A stretch of DNA of 64,000 nucleotides, from NCBI GenBank assembly GCA_022813865.1, contig JALDZX010000003.1:434001-498000 (forward strand), read 5' to 3'. Within the stretch, counting starts at the first letter, position 1, and each line of letters opens with the position of its first letter. The notes under the pieces were generated by a model. That model searched no databases. It was not told the DNA's origin and was given only the letters and a program-made list of their open reading frames with translations. Below are positions 13,637 through 26,787 of the stretch, one piece after another. The DNA comes from Xylographa opegraphella. Taxonomy: Eukaryota. The position numbers and the translations under genes were made by a program.

Positions 13637-15255
13637 CTATAGTTTAGCTTTCTCACCCGGACCCACTAAAGGGTCGTAGACACCAAGGCCAAGTGTATCC
13701 GCAGGAACCGACGTTGAGTGTAAGCTCAGACCACGTGTATCTACCAGCGTTGGATTGAGCTGATCAATGCTGGAGCAGCCAATCAACCGCATGTTCATCT
13801 CCATCTCATCCTTTAGGAGCTGCATCGCGCGATCAACTCCGGGTAACCCGTAAGCGCTCATTGCAAATAAGAACGGTCTGCCGATTCCAACGCCTTTAGC
13901 ACCAAGGCATAGAGCTTTGATAATATCAGTCGCTCGTCGGACGCCACCATCAACGTAGATCTCGATTCGGTTTTCCCAACCACGTTCACGTAGAACAGGC
14001 ATTACCTCGGAAAGAACTTCTATGCCAGATCTCGCGAAGTCAAGCTGCCGGCCTCCATGGTTAGAGAGTACGACTCCCTGGACACCAACTTCGATGGCCC
14101 TGATCACGTCTTCTACCCTTTGGACGCCCTTCAATATGATGGGCATTTTCGTAATGCTTAGAAACCACGGTATATCCTTCCAGCTAAGAGAGGGATCGAT
14201 GAATGAGGAAATGGCCCTTGCAGCTCCCTGGGAACGATCGACATTGTCACCACCTGTGTTTTGGACGTTGGAGCCCACGTCTGAGAATTTGCTTCGCATG
14301 TCTTTCTCACGTCTACCAAGCTGAGGGGCATCCACAGTGATAAATAGTCCTTTACATCCACGCTTCTCAGCGTGTTCGACAATGCGTTTCGTGATCGCGC
14401 GGTCCTTGTTGACGTAAAGTTGAAGCCATTGGGTCTGATCTCCCTGGGCTTCATCTACAATCTCATCGAACGAGCAGCTAGCAAGCGTCGGAATCATCTG
14501 TATTACATTGTGTTTTTTTGCACCTCTCGTCAAGATGACTTCGCCTTCTGGATTGCCCAATTTCCCAAGTGCTGTCGCGGTGACATAGAAAGGTATATCA
14601 ACTTTCGTTCCTAGCATAGTTGTCGAAAGATCAATTTTTTCAACGTCTATCAGGACCCTCGGGCGAAACCATATCTTATGGTATGCTGAATGATTCTCCC
14701 GCATAGTCTATCTCGTTTATTAGTATTTTTCGACGCTGCGATTTTGCTGGCCTTACTATTTCGTCGTCTGCGCCACTAGAATAGTATGCCCATGCAGTCT
14801 TTTTCATCACCCGTCTTGCCACCGCCTCGAAGTCCATGAGGTTATAGCATTGTTCAAGTATTGGCATCCGCTTTATTCTCTCTTGTCTTTCTTGCTCGTC
14901 CGGGTCTTCCTCTTCCTGCTCCTTCTCGATGGTACTCATGTCTACATCACCCAGATGCTTGGACTTATCGAGGTACTTGTCAAGAGTATCCGGAGGGTGA
15001 ATGGGTGCATACGTTTCAGTAGCATCTTTGCCTGCATATTTGAGGATTATTTTCGGTCCCCCTGGTGAAATATCAGTATGGGCGGACAGACGTGATCCGG
15101 AGGGAAATGCTACCTGGATGTTCTGGCATGAATTCTGTAACGTCATATGCTTTACCATGTATAATCACCCAGCAATCTTTCTCATTGTTATGCTTCGCCA
15201 CCTCATCGCCGTGCAATTTCCCGCCCTTTGGCTCTGAGGAACTTTCGTGATTCAT
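13637..15255 (-). CDS. CYB2: Flavocytochrome b2 / L-lactate dehydrogenase (cytochrome b5 heme domain plus FMN alpha-hydroxy-acid dehydrogenase domain)
   Basis: [26 protein letters not shown] heme domain; [27 protein letters not shown]; ends AKL*. Confidence 0.92.
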
Positions 15256-16094
15256 CTTGTAACGAGAGTAAAACACTTGGATGGGAAAATAAATCAGAGA
15301 AACAAGGAATTTCTCAATTCAACGATTATGACAGGATAATCGTTCAATAACTATCAAGGTTAAATACACGCGATAACGATGGAGGATGGTTAAGTGAGAA
15401 GTGTGATGGCAGAAAACGGGACCTCAGTTTGACATAGCAACAGCTCACAGTTCTATGACATGATTCAAGGACGGCAGTTTCCTTTTAGCATGGAGCCAGA
15501 TCGGTCGAGAGGAGGGGTTGAACGGGAGCGGGTTCGCAGAGATCCCTCGGAACCAGAGATGCACGTTTTGCGGAGAGATGTGGGGTCGAGAAATAGGCTG
15601 GTCCACCCCCTGTTCGCCGCTGCAGCCGCTTGTGGAGCGGCTCTGGCACTCGGAACGACCATGAAGCAAAAGATTCTGGTCCCATCCACGTTGAGACGTG
15701 AAGCTCAAATCCATGGATTCATGACCTCCGTACAGGAGCATTTTGAGTGAAATATCATCATTGATCCGTGGAACACCGACCACTCCGTGTTTGGCAACGT
15801 GACCATGAGTGATGACGCAGCTTCCCAAGCGGGCGGAGAGGGCTGAAACCTTCTCTCGGGCAAGCGTGAATCATACATGGCACGTGTGACACGATAGACG
15901 CGACCGGCATTCAGACAAGAAGCCTCGAGACTCCTGCTGTATATGTCTGCTGGCGCGACTTTGAAAGTGTGCAATTTACTGGCATTCTCTCAACGACTAT
16001 CGCGGGCGAATAGTGGTGTCCGTTTTGATACCGATCATGGAATTCAAGGCAAAGCATCTCTGAGATTTGAGTGCATCTCGATCAAGCCTTTATA

Positions 16095-17082
16095 ATGTCT
16101 AATAGCCTCGAAGCCAAAATTTGCGTCCTTGGCGCCCAGTAAGTCACTGAAGACAATAACTTTTGCGTCTCAAAGACTAATGGAGGTTGTAGAGGCATGT
16201 CCAGTCTTTCCCAATCTGCTGTCCATGAACTGACACTCGATTTCTACAGGCGTCGGCAAAACATCTCTCGTCCAGCGTTACGTCAAAGGTACCTTTACGC
16301 CTCCTACAACGACTTCAACCATCGGCGCATCGTTCTTGACGAAGAGGGTTCTTGATGTTGATAGCGGTTCCACCGTTCGTCTTCAGATATGGGATACAGC
16401 GGGCCAAGAACGATTCCGAAGCATATCAAAGCTCTATTACCGTGGAGCATCGGCTGTCATCCTTGTCTACAGCATCATCGACGAACAGAGCTTCAATGAA
16501 ATGGGCCGTTGGCTTCAAGAAATCAAGAAAAACCTTGGAGAGGATATTATTGTACACGTTGTCGGCACAAAGAGTGACATTATTGCCCAAGATCCCAACC
16601 TAAGGAAGATCCCATTCGAGCGCTGCATAGCGTACGTTGCTGAGCAATTACACCCTACACTAGCTTCCACACCCCCAGTGACCGCGGGCGGGACTGGCAA
16701 TACGCATAGCTTAGACAGTAAGCACAGCAGTCGTTTTTGGGGGCAGGATATTGGCTGGGATATCTGCCACGAGATCAGTGCTTCTTCCGGAGAAGGCATC
16801 GAGGAGGTCTTCCGGGTCATCACACGAAAATTGGTCGACCAGAAACACAAGCGAGTGGAGTTGGAGCATGCCTTGGAGAATGGTATCACACCTGCCACTG
16901 AAGGCGGCCGTTCAGGGTATTTCGACCGACCTGGAGATGATGGTCGGGGAAGCTTTCGGATTGGCATTGGGGACAAACGAAGGAGCTGGCTAGGATTCCC
17001 GACACCGAGCATTGGCATAGGAGACGAAATACAAGCCGCAGGCGGAGGAGCAGGGAGGAGAAATAATGGGAGATGTTGTTGA
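16095..17082 (+). CDS. Rab-family small GTPase; exons 16095-16138, 16193-16194 (2 nt), 16250-17082
   Basis: MSNSLEAKICVLGAQGVGKTSLV, TIGASF, WDTAGQERF, YYRGA, VGTKSD, EISA, C-terminal CC prenylation motif. Confidence 0.9.
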
Positions 17083-17540
17083 AGTGTTGCAAAGGGTCGT
17101 TGCGGAAAAACAAACCCCCTAGGAAGTACTCACGCCTTCATGTATTCATGTGCGATTTGTATAACATTCTTCCATGTAAGCTGCTGTAATAGATTATAAG
17201 AACAGATCCAATGACAGCCGTTATGTATTGCTGTAGCCTTCAGTAAGAAAGTCTAGTCGCCTCAGAAACAACAGATATCTTGAAGGTGGGGACGAAGAAA
17301 TCGAAAACAAAGCAAATTAGTAGATGGGGTTTGCTTGGCAAAAGCACAGTTTGAGATCCCTGTGCCTGGCAGAAGCACAATGACGTCTTGTCGAGACGCT
17401 GGCCATTTCCAGGTTCGCGACTGGGGCGTGAGTGTTTTCAAGGCAGTTGTTTCCTGCAACACTGTTATAATACACTGGCAAGCACGGCCAAGTGAATCGT
17501 CTCACTACTAGCTTTTCGTGGCTATCTGTCAGACACTTTC

Positions 17541-19938
17541 ATGGCCTCCAAACCGAAGGGCACTGCCCTGTCGAACTACAATGTTGACTATGTGATAAGC
17601 TACCGCTTTGTAGATACAGGTATGTCCGATCTCGACAGCATACTGGACTGCTAGCTATATACTGAGCTGACGTTCTTAGGCAAATTACCTGCGGCGAGAC
17701 AATTCCAAAAACTTATCCAAGCATTGGCACAGCTTGGTTTCACGCTTGAAGTACGCAACGGGGATAATTGCTCTTTGCTGGTGTTCGTGAAAGCCGACAA
17801 CGACAAACGATTCAACAATGAAGTCTACAGGTCAAGGTGCGTTACGAGCTGTTCGTTAACCTGAGAGATTATGAATTGATCTTTAATCAGGGTGAAGGAT
17901 TGGCTCAATGGAGTACGAGCAGCTCAGCCGGATAAGGAGGCATACAACTCGCTAGCGGTTGATTCAATGACCGAGGCTGAACGGTATCGTATCATCTATC
18001 AAATGATCACGAACCCGAAGGAGGAAGGTGGAGCAGGAATAACGCCGAAGGAGGGTGAATGGAAGGATGTCGAATCTATATTTCCACTACACGACATCGC
18101 GCACAACAGAGAATGGGTCAAAGACTGGAGCATGAAGACATTCTTGAAGATTGAGGATCTAGACGAGATAAGGAATCGTTTCGGCGAAAAGGTAATGAGT
18201 CTACCTAACTGAATTCTTGGAACGACTAATGAAAAAACAGATCGCCTTCTACTTTGCGTTCACCCAATCCTACTTCACGTTCCTCACGTTTCCTGCAGCT
18301 TTTGGCTTTTCCGCCTGGGTCCTCCTTGGTCACTTCTCACCTATTTACGCCATAGTAAGCACTTTCTGGTGCGTTGCGTTTGTCGAGTATTGGAAGCATC
18401 AGGAGCTGAACTTGGCTATTCGCTGGGGTGTGAAAGGTGTCTCTGCTATACAAGAGAAGAGAAGAGACTTCAAACATGAAAAAGAAATGAGAGACCCAAC
18501 AACCGGAGAAACTGTGCAAGTGTTTCCAGCATCCAAGCGGCTTGCACGTCAGGCCTTAGGTATCCCATTTGCCTTGCTTGCATCTTTGGCGCTGGGAAGT
18601 CTCATTGCTACCTGCTTCGGCATCGAGATCTTTCTCTCTGAGGTCTATAGTGGACCCTTCAAAAGCGTTTTGGTATGTTGTCTAACTCCCAAACAAATGT
18701 GATGTGGTGGTGCTTATCATTTAAAGGTTTATTTACCTACTGGCCTCTTGACAGTTTTCGTTCCGACTCTGACAACTCTCCTGACAGGCGTAGCTACCAG
18801 ACTCAATGACTACGAGAATTGGGATACGAATGAAAGCTACCAATCAGCTCTTACTCAGAAAACATTCGTTTTGAATTTCATTACCGGATATCTCCCAATC
18901 TTTCTAACGGCATTTGTCTACATACCATTTGGCAGTCTCATTGTCCCGTACTTGGACATCTTTCACCTTACCGCCAGGCCTTTCGCTACGTCTGAAAAGC
19001 AGTTGACCTCGCCTAAGGTCGGGTTCGAAATCAATCCTGCCAGATTGCGCAAGCAAGTGATATATTTCACGGTTACCGCTCAGATTGTCAATTTTGCACT
19101 GGAGAATCTCGTCCCCTATCTGAAGCGCCAAGGGTTTCATAAATATCAGGAGATCAAGACCGAACGAGCGGCGAAACAAGGCGGTGCAGCCCCAGGCGCT
19201 ACCGTCAATGACCACCCAGAAGAAGCAGAATTTCTCACAAGAGTCAGGGGCGAGACTGAACTTGACGTGTATGATGTGACTGCTGATCTCAGAGAGATGG
19301 TTCTTCAGTTTGGCTATCTAGCTTTGTTTTCCGTTGTTTGGCCATTGACGCCTGTATCATTTCTCGTCAATGATTGGATCGAGCTACGAACAGATGCAGC
19401 CAAGATCTGCCTCCAAACGCAGCGACCAACACCTGCTCGGGCGGACAGTATCGGTCCATGGGTAGACAGCTTAGGATTTCTGGCATGGTTAGGAAGCATT
19501 ACGAGTGCAGCACTCGTGTACTTGTTTAGCAATGATGGCATCGGTCCTGATGGAACACCCGCCACCATCAAAGGATGGGCCCTGCTTCTAACGATATTCT
19601 TTTCGGAGCACACATACCTTGTGGTGCGGCTTGCTGTACGAACTGCAATCTCCAAATTAGATTCCCCAGGAATGCAGCAGGAACGGGCCGAAAGGTTTAT
19701 GGTTAGAAAAAAATATCTTGAAGAGACAATGGGTGAAAATGCGATGGAGCTTCCACCAACGAAGGCTCCGGAGATCACAAGGGCATCACTCGAGGAGGAT
19801 GCGCGCAATGATAGTTTGAGGACCAGCGATCCGGAGGAACACTTCTGGCATCGACAGTTGGGATGGGAAGAATCGGTAGAGATTGGAGTGTCGCTCATCG
19901 ATAAGATGGGGACAGAGGAGGGCAAAAAGACTCAATGA
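17541..19938 (+). CDS. IST2: Anoctamin/TMEM16 (Ist2-like) lipid scramblase/channel, multi-exon
   Basis: VDYVISYRF, IFPLHD, LDEIRNRFGEK|IAFYFAF, ELRTDAAKI, RADSIGPW and multiple transmembrane segments. Confidence 0.9.
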
Positions 19939-20300
19939 TGCTCTGTGCGTTAATTTGTACTGCAGTGGTGTCCAGTGTGGCTCGAATACGAAGATATGAA
20001 GTTTGTTCGAAGCTATTGTTCTGTGGAGCTTCGAAATAGGCACCCGCTGACTGAGACTCCATCACCGGCTCCGCCCACCGAGCTTTTTGTTAAACTGAGG
20101 ATTTAGAAAGTGATCTGTATGCTCTAGTCTTCCCTTTTTGATCACTATCGTTTTGACATGGCATGCCTCTCCACCGGATTGAATAATCAACGTTGGTGGT
20201 CTCATGTTCGTTACCGTGGCCATAAACCCCTTATGCGTGGCGGCCTGTGCAGTTAATGATATATATGAAGCCTGCTTTTCGGCGGTACTATCTTTCATGA

Positions 20301-21269
20301 TTACACGTCGATTACTTGAGCCTCATAGCCAATCTTGCCCGATCGCCAGTCGATCAATGCTGCATTGATCATAATTGTCGCATGCATTTCCGCGCCCCAG
20401 ACTTTCGTCCACAGCAGCCCTAGAATTCCATAGACTGCCAATCTCATCACATCCAGCCACCACCCGATGCCCAGTGATCCTCCCCACAATATCCATCGCT
20501 CTTTCCGGCCACAGAGTCTCTCGTATGCTTTTTGCCCTTCGTCCCAGAGCACAGTCGCTTTCCCTCTTGCAGCATGCACATGCCCGAAGACGTGCACCCG
20601 TGGTTTCACTCTCCATACCTCCTTCAAGAGAAAGTGGCAGCCCAGTCCAACCGGGAGATCCAGGTGCCATTTTGGCGGCGTGTGCGTCACCAAGACATCT
20701 GTGTCGAGCGGTATCGTCCCCGTCCAGGCGTTCTCCTCTCGCCGGTACTGGAACGCGAACTCCTTGCCACCACATGCTGGGATCTGGGGCGCCCCATATA
20801 TGTTCAGTACTCTTGCATTGCCTCCCTGTCCTGGGACCTTCAGCCTCACGCTGGAGTGCTGCAGGTAATGTATGTTCCCCCAGTCGAGCGTATTGTTCAC
20901 ATCCGACCGCCCTCGTGACCGTGGATCCAGATAGCTGTCATGGTTCCCGGCAATTGCAATCTTGTGTCCGTGTGGTAGGGAGTTGAGCCAATCGATCTGG
21001 ACTTGGATCTCGGAGGCTGTTCCTGCATTAGTAAGATCCCCGGCATGGATTAGGACATCGCCCGAGGGGATGGGGGGTTTCTGAGTGTGAGTATCGGAGA
21101 TGCAGACGATTCGGATATGGTTAGAGTTACGGGAGACGCCGGGGCCTTGGAGTAACGAGAAGGCGTGGTAGAGGGCGCGAATGAGAAGTGCAAGGGGCGA
21201 GGTGAGGATTTGGTAAGAGAAGGAGGGAGGATCAAACGGCGATGCAGGAGCTGCAGGGCGGGAAATCAT
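20301..21269 (-). CDS. Calcineurin-like metallophosphoesterase (MPPED/239FB-like)
   Basis: VCISDTH, HAGDLT, IAGNHD, VTHTPP and HVFGHVH motifs. Confidence 0.9.
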   Translation of the reverse strand: MISRPAAPASPFDPPSFSYQILTSPLALLIRALYHAFSLLQGPGVSRNSNHIRIVCISDTHTQKPPIPSGDVLIHAGDLTNAGTASEIQVQIDWLNSLPHGHKIAIAGNHDSYLDPRSRGRSDVNNTLDWGNIHYLQHSSVRLKVPGQGGNARVLNIYGAPQIPACGGKEFAFQYRREENAWTGTIPLDTDVLVTHTPPKWHLDLPVGLGCHFLLKEVWRVKPRVHVFGHVHAARGKATVLWDEGQKAYERLCGRKERWILWGGSLGIGWWLDVMRLAVYGILGLLWTKVWGAEMHATIMINAALIDWRSGKIGYEAQVIDV

Positions 21270-21993
21270 TGTGCAGAGTCGTAAGATTCGGGCAGTAATG
21301 CTCCATTAGTGGTTGACGGTCCCATCGCCGTGACGGCAAGGGAAGCTGTCTTGAGCTGGAAAAGATCCTATTCGCTTTCCAAGGACGGAGTTATGTCCTA
21401 AAACTTCGAGGAGCAGCGCCAAGCAATCGCTCACGGACGCGTCAGTGAGTTACTCCGCTCGTACGAGAGCATTTAATAGATAAGTAGCGTGAATCCTGTC
21501 ATCTTCATCTTCTTTCCTCCGCTGAATACATTCTCATCGGCAGCGAACCTGAAGTTGATGATTCAGGCAGCCGGTCGTCCATAGCGCCATGGCATCGATC
21601 TCTCGACTCTATCCTGACCGAAACCTCCCAAATGTCCTGTGCGAAGCAGCCAGGCTGTGCCATTTCCAGCACCAGCTCAATGCCTCCGATATCGCTTAGA
21701 GATAGTCACCCTGGCCATGAAGATACTGTATCTGGGCGAGGAATTCGACAATGGTCGCTGGTCTTGAGTCACGGTGGTGGCTGAGACCCAAGCCAAGCCT
21801 CGAAAATGAGGCTGAACGAGGAGGGGGACTAGGAGGGGGGGAGCCTGAGCCTCGCTCCTCCGATACGCACCTCCTTCCGATATGCGCTCCACGGACTCTG
21901 CTCGAACCTCCTTCCTACCTCGACTGCCATATCACACCCGTTTTGTTGATCAGTCCCGTTTCCATTGGATGAGCTTACTGGCCTCGTTCCAAC

Positions 21994-23967
21994 ATGACGG
22001 GTCTCGAGATAATGGCCGTTGTAGGGGCCGTGGCCGCGGTGATTTCGGCGTACAATGACGGCTCGGAGCTTGTGAAGAAGGTCAGAGAGCGACGGCGTAC
22101 CAGGAGGGCACTAGAAAATGCTGCTTTACAGGACAATTCTACCCAAGACCTTGAGCAATCCTTAGATACTGGTCAAGCACTGGTCCGCATGAAATACGAC
22201 AATAGCTACCGACGGCTCGGGGAGACCTTTGCACACGGCGATCGTGAGTCGTTGGATTTCTGAAAAGTTTCACATTCGTCTGGACACTGCTGATATGTCA
22301 CTACAGAGGAAGCGCTGAATACGTTGAAGGACATCATCATCCACCTCCAGAGTCAAGTTATCGGCAATCTAAAGGTTGCTTGGCAGCATGACGATAGTAC
22401 CATCGATTTCGTACCATTACAAGATGTTTCTGATGACAGTCAAAGTCAAACGATCTTATGCTTGATGCAGCTCCACCAGCGACTGCTTGTGGCGGCCCCT
22501 ATCGTGGACATGCGTCCCAGTCCGCCACATCCTCCCCAGAATGGATTCCATGGCTTCGTTGAGCCGGTCTCTCGTCAACAGACAGGGTTCTCGCAAGCTC
22601 CATTGCCATTCAGCTCTTCTTCGGCTCCTTCACGCTCGACCAATGTAACAACAGAAGTCGAGGTTAGGAGGCCAAGTCGATTTCCCTTAGGCAGGAAGTC
22701 CAAGAATGTTATCGAGAACCCTCAGCCACAAATCATGGGTGTTTCCGCCACCGGACTCCATGACTTGCCATCAACACCGACCTCGAAGGACGAGCTATTA
22801 GATGGCACACTGTTGGCGGGACTCGGTCTGGGTCTTCCGCCCACCGACAAGTCGTCCTTCAATGCGTCGAGGGTCAGCTCTGTCAGTACTGGAAGCAGCT
22901 TCAGTTTAGAGCCCGATCATCCGGAATCTAACCCTTTTTTCGATCCTTGGAAGGATACCTCGAGTCCTATCAGTCAGCGCGGCTCACAATCTTCCAAGCA
23001 ATCACCAACTTTTGCTTTTGGACCCGACAGCGGCCCAGAGCATATTTCGTCTCTCGGCAATACCTTGCCACAATCTTCTAATCAATATTGGGGTCCGCCT
23101 CAAGCTCAACCGCCTTCCAGGCAAGCGCCAGCTTTCTCTTTCGGCCCTAATTCTATACCAGAACATAGCTCAATTCTGAACAATAGAGCATCACAATCCT
23201 CCGGTCAATCTTGGGCATCGCCTCAAGCACAAAATAGCTCTTCAAGTAAGCGAAGCTCTCGTGCTTCGGACAACTCTTTGCAATCCTTCCCAGTACCGTC
23301 GTCATCATCTCAACACCGACCTTCACTGCCAACGTTGTTCGCTCCACAAGGGACACCCGTAGCGCAAGCAGTTATCAAGCCGAGAACAACAGGAGGTCTG
23401 AGAGGATTCTTGCCAGCTGAAGAGAATGATTTTGCCGGATTCTGTAATGGTAAGTGGCCACCTTCCTGGCCTGTCAGAAAGTAGTGACAACGTCTGACGT
23501 GCACTCTAGGCGCCTGGAAGCTCCAGATTGGTGAGAAGAAGAAGGCGCTCGAAGAGATAAAGCGAGTGAGCTCTATATATACCGCGAGCTCATTTTGGAA
23601 ATGCAAGAAGTGTCATTTCGAGGGACGCATGACGAGGGATGCCAAAGGCAACAAAGCCGTCGACACGCGCGTCTACGGAGCCAATGGAATTCTCTACCGT
23701 TGGGAATTTCTTTTCAAGTGTCACGTCCAGCTCAAAAATGCCCTACCAACGATGGATTCGACCTTCGGCTGCATCTTCTGCTGCGTCGAAGGGAAAGGGA
23801 CACCGATTTATGGCGGCGTGAAGAACTTCTTGGCGCATATGCTGGAGCACCGAGAACGGCCGCCCACGGGAGAGGTACTGTACAGAGTCGGCTGTATAGT
23901 TGGAAGGACGCCGAATCATGAGGATGATTTCGATATCGCACTGCCTGCCCCTTCCACGACAACGTGA
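21994..23967 (+). CDS. Fungal hypothetical protein: N-terminal helical domain, S/P/Q-rich linker, C-terminal Cys/His-rich domain; exons approx. 21994-22243, 22306-23449, 23510-23967
   Basis: Three ORFs join in frame through GTGAGT...CAG and GTAAGT...TAG introns. The C-terminal part reads GFCNGAWK...CKKC...FLFKCH...CIFC...HMLEH. Confidence 0.75.
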
Positions 23968-25034
23968 GCGATCTGAGGCGATGAGCCATTTATGGATTTA
24001 TTGTGGCTGTTTATGAGGGACGGTTCCGAGGCGTGATTGATATAGAAGGAAACACCGCCTGGGTTAGGATGTTTCAATTTTTCGTGCTTCGTTGAATAAC
24101 GGCACGTACAGGTTTGGCGGATAATCTAGCTTTCGGTTGGATGTCTGGGTTGTGTCACGGTCATGTGCTTAGGTATACCCTTTCAGCGTTGTATAGCTAC
24201 ATGAGCACGTTCTTGGCGCGTCTTGACTTGAGTTGTGTGATAGAAAATGTGCTACGAAACAGAATGGCATTCATGTTGCACGTTTAACTCTGGCGGGAGA
24301 TTTCATACTAATTCTCAGGTCCGTGATGTTGGCCACGTCGAGGCGCAAACACTATATGGAAGACTGCTTCGTTCTTAACGTTCTAGAGAATCTACTGTGA
24401 TCGGCTGCTACGTAAGTGAATGGGCCATCTCACTCGCCATCGAAATGCCGTACCTTCCAGCTGTTGGTGTGCAGAAGGTTCGTATTACGCGTTCGTGCTG
24501 ATGAGCCAACCATTCCCGTTCGATGCCCACATTGTCATGCTTCGAAATGTCGACCAAGTTGACACAACGGAGAGCGAGAGAGAGAGAAAGTCCCGCTGAA
24601 GAAATCCTCCACTGACGAGTGTTTTATTTATGCCTCCGCCGGTGAGGTAGGTAACTTCGAAGTATCTATTGCCCCGTCCATTCCATCCGCAAGGTTCGAG
24701 CACGAAAAAAATCGAATCCTCCGTTGCGGATCGCGCCGTCCTGGTAACAGAGCTCTTCATCCCTCAGTCTCCGGAGGCAATGCTAGTGAAGACGTACGCT
24801 GCTTCTCTCCCTCACAATTATCACGTGTGCATGAATTTGGCTTATGTCTTCTTATTATATGTACAGCCCTCGAACGATCATTTCCAACGAGTCAGTTGGC
24901 CTCGCAGTTCTTCTATGAGTCCCTGTATATAGTATTCCACGCGGTGTCTCAATAAATTGACACCCGAAAAGATCTTTGCCGCTACCGTTTCCAAGTCCAA
25001 AGCCTCTGCGAGCTCACCGACCACCGGCTATCCC

Positions 25035-26787
25035 TTACGCACCACCCGACTTGGCTAGCACCTCTTCCGCCGTTTGGACAATGATGTCAAACGCCCTCCT
25101 GATGTACTTCTCCTCAGCCTTGGGATTTGCGCTTACGATTCGTATGGCATACACTCCATTGACGACCCCGCTCGTCAGGAATATCTGGCCTCGAGCGTTG
25201 ATCAGCTCATACACCTCCTTCGTAACTTCATTCGCGTCTGCACCGCCTCCGTTGTGGAGTTTCCCAATACCATTAGTCTTCACTAGCCCATCACTAACTC
25301 CAGCATCCGAGGCATGCTCATGTGTCACTCCGTTCGTCGCCTTTGACCGTGTTTTAACCGTCAGCACGGTCAGCGCAAACGCCGGTGGCGTGGGCACGGA
25401 GAAGAGGTCTGGGCGCGAGAGTACGAGGCTGTGGAAGAGCTCGCCGAGCTTGACGTGGTTGCGTATGTGTGCTTTGAGGCCGTTGGCCCCATATGTGCGG
25501 AGGACGAACCAAATTTTCAAAGCGCGGAAGCGCCGTCCGAAAGGGATTTGCCAGTCACGGTAGTCGGTAACGAGGCCGGCGGCGGAGAAGTCGTTGCGTA
25601 GGTAGGAGGGGGTGATGGAGAGTGCGTCGGTAAGATTCCGGCGACGCTTGATATATAGGCAACTGTGAAGCGAAAGGGGGTCAGCGGAGCTGATAAGTGG
25701 TGCTGGAAAGGAAGTGTGCACAGTACCTCGCGTCAAAGTTCGTTAACAACCATTTATGCATATTCATATTAAAGCTGTCAAATGCCCCCATGTGCTCGGT
25801 TAGGTGTTGGTATTCCTCGCAAACCAACGCTGCACCTGCGTAGGCTGCGTCGACATGGACCCATACCTCCGGTCGATCCTTGAGTACCTCCTTTATCTCT
25901 TCAAATCGATCCGTGGCGCATGTTGCCGTTGTTCCCAATGTAGCGGTGAGGTAGAAGGGTTCCAGTCCTTCTTTCTTACACTCATTGAGCATCTCCTGTA
26001 AGCCTGTGCCGGTCACAGCTAAAGCATCTTCAAGATGACAGTGTATCGGCTTGTACCGGACACCTGCAATAAGCGCCGCTTTCGCCGTACTGCTATGGCT
26101 TTGCTCGCTCCCTATAGCTACAAGGCGGGCCCTCACTTCAGCCTTCTTTCGCTCCTTCTGCTCTCCTTCAAGGCCTTTACAGGCGTCATCAACATAGCGC
26201 TCTCGAGCCGCGACCATGACGGTGACGATCGCCTCACTAGCACTTCCCTGGATGACGCCTCCACCTTCGCCCTCGCTAAGGAAACAGGCTGGCAAGTGAA
26301 GCAGTTTTGCGAGCCAGTCCAGGGCAATCGTCTCCAATTCCGTTACGGCGGGAGAGCAAATCCAGTTGAAGGCGGGTGCGGTAAATGCGGCGGAGTATAG
26401 CTCTCCAAGCATGGCAGGATAGGTGGATGAGGCCGGATAGAAGGCCATAAAATTAGGGGATTGCCTTGAATAATCGATCAGCGTTTGTCTGCAGGAAGGG
26501 GCATAACGCGAAAAATACCAGTGTGTTAAGCCGGGCATTATCTTCGACTCAATATCTTTCTGGATATCTTCCCAAGACTCGCCGTCCTCAGGCGGGGCCG
26601 AGGGAAGAAGCTTCCGCAGATACCCTGGCGCGACATTGGAGACCACACGGCGGTCTTGAATAGTGTCATAGTAGTTGATGACTAGGGGAATGTAAGCCCA
26701 ACTATTTCCTCAAGTTCGCAATGTATGACAAGCTGCACTTTCGTCAATTGAAGCATGCGCAGCTTTTCGAAATTCTTCTGAATTCAT
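25035..26787 (-). CDS. Group II PLP-dependent aromatic-L-amino-acid decarboxylase
   Basis: MNSEEFRKAAH, PGLTHW|QSPNFMAFYP, SPAVTELE, HVDAAYAG, NMHKW (PLP lysine), PSYLRN, DWQIPFGRRFRALK. Confidence 0.92.

Noticed and set aside
15445..15974. Short overlapping ORFs between CYB2 and the Rab gene
   Set aside because: No motif or coherent splice structure; most likely a divergent promoter region.
24495..24550. Hammerhead-like CTGATGA...CGAAA
   Set aside because: Stem II cannot pair and no flanking stems I/III were found.
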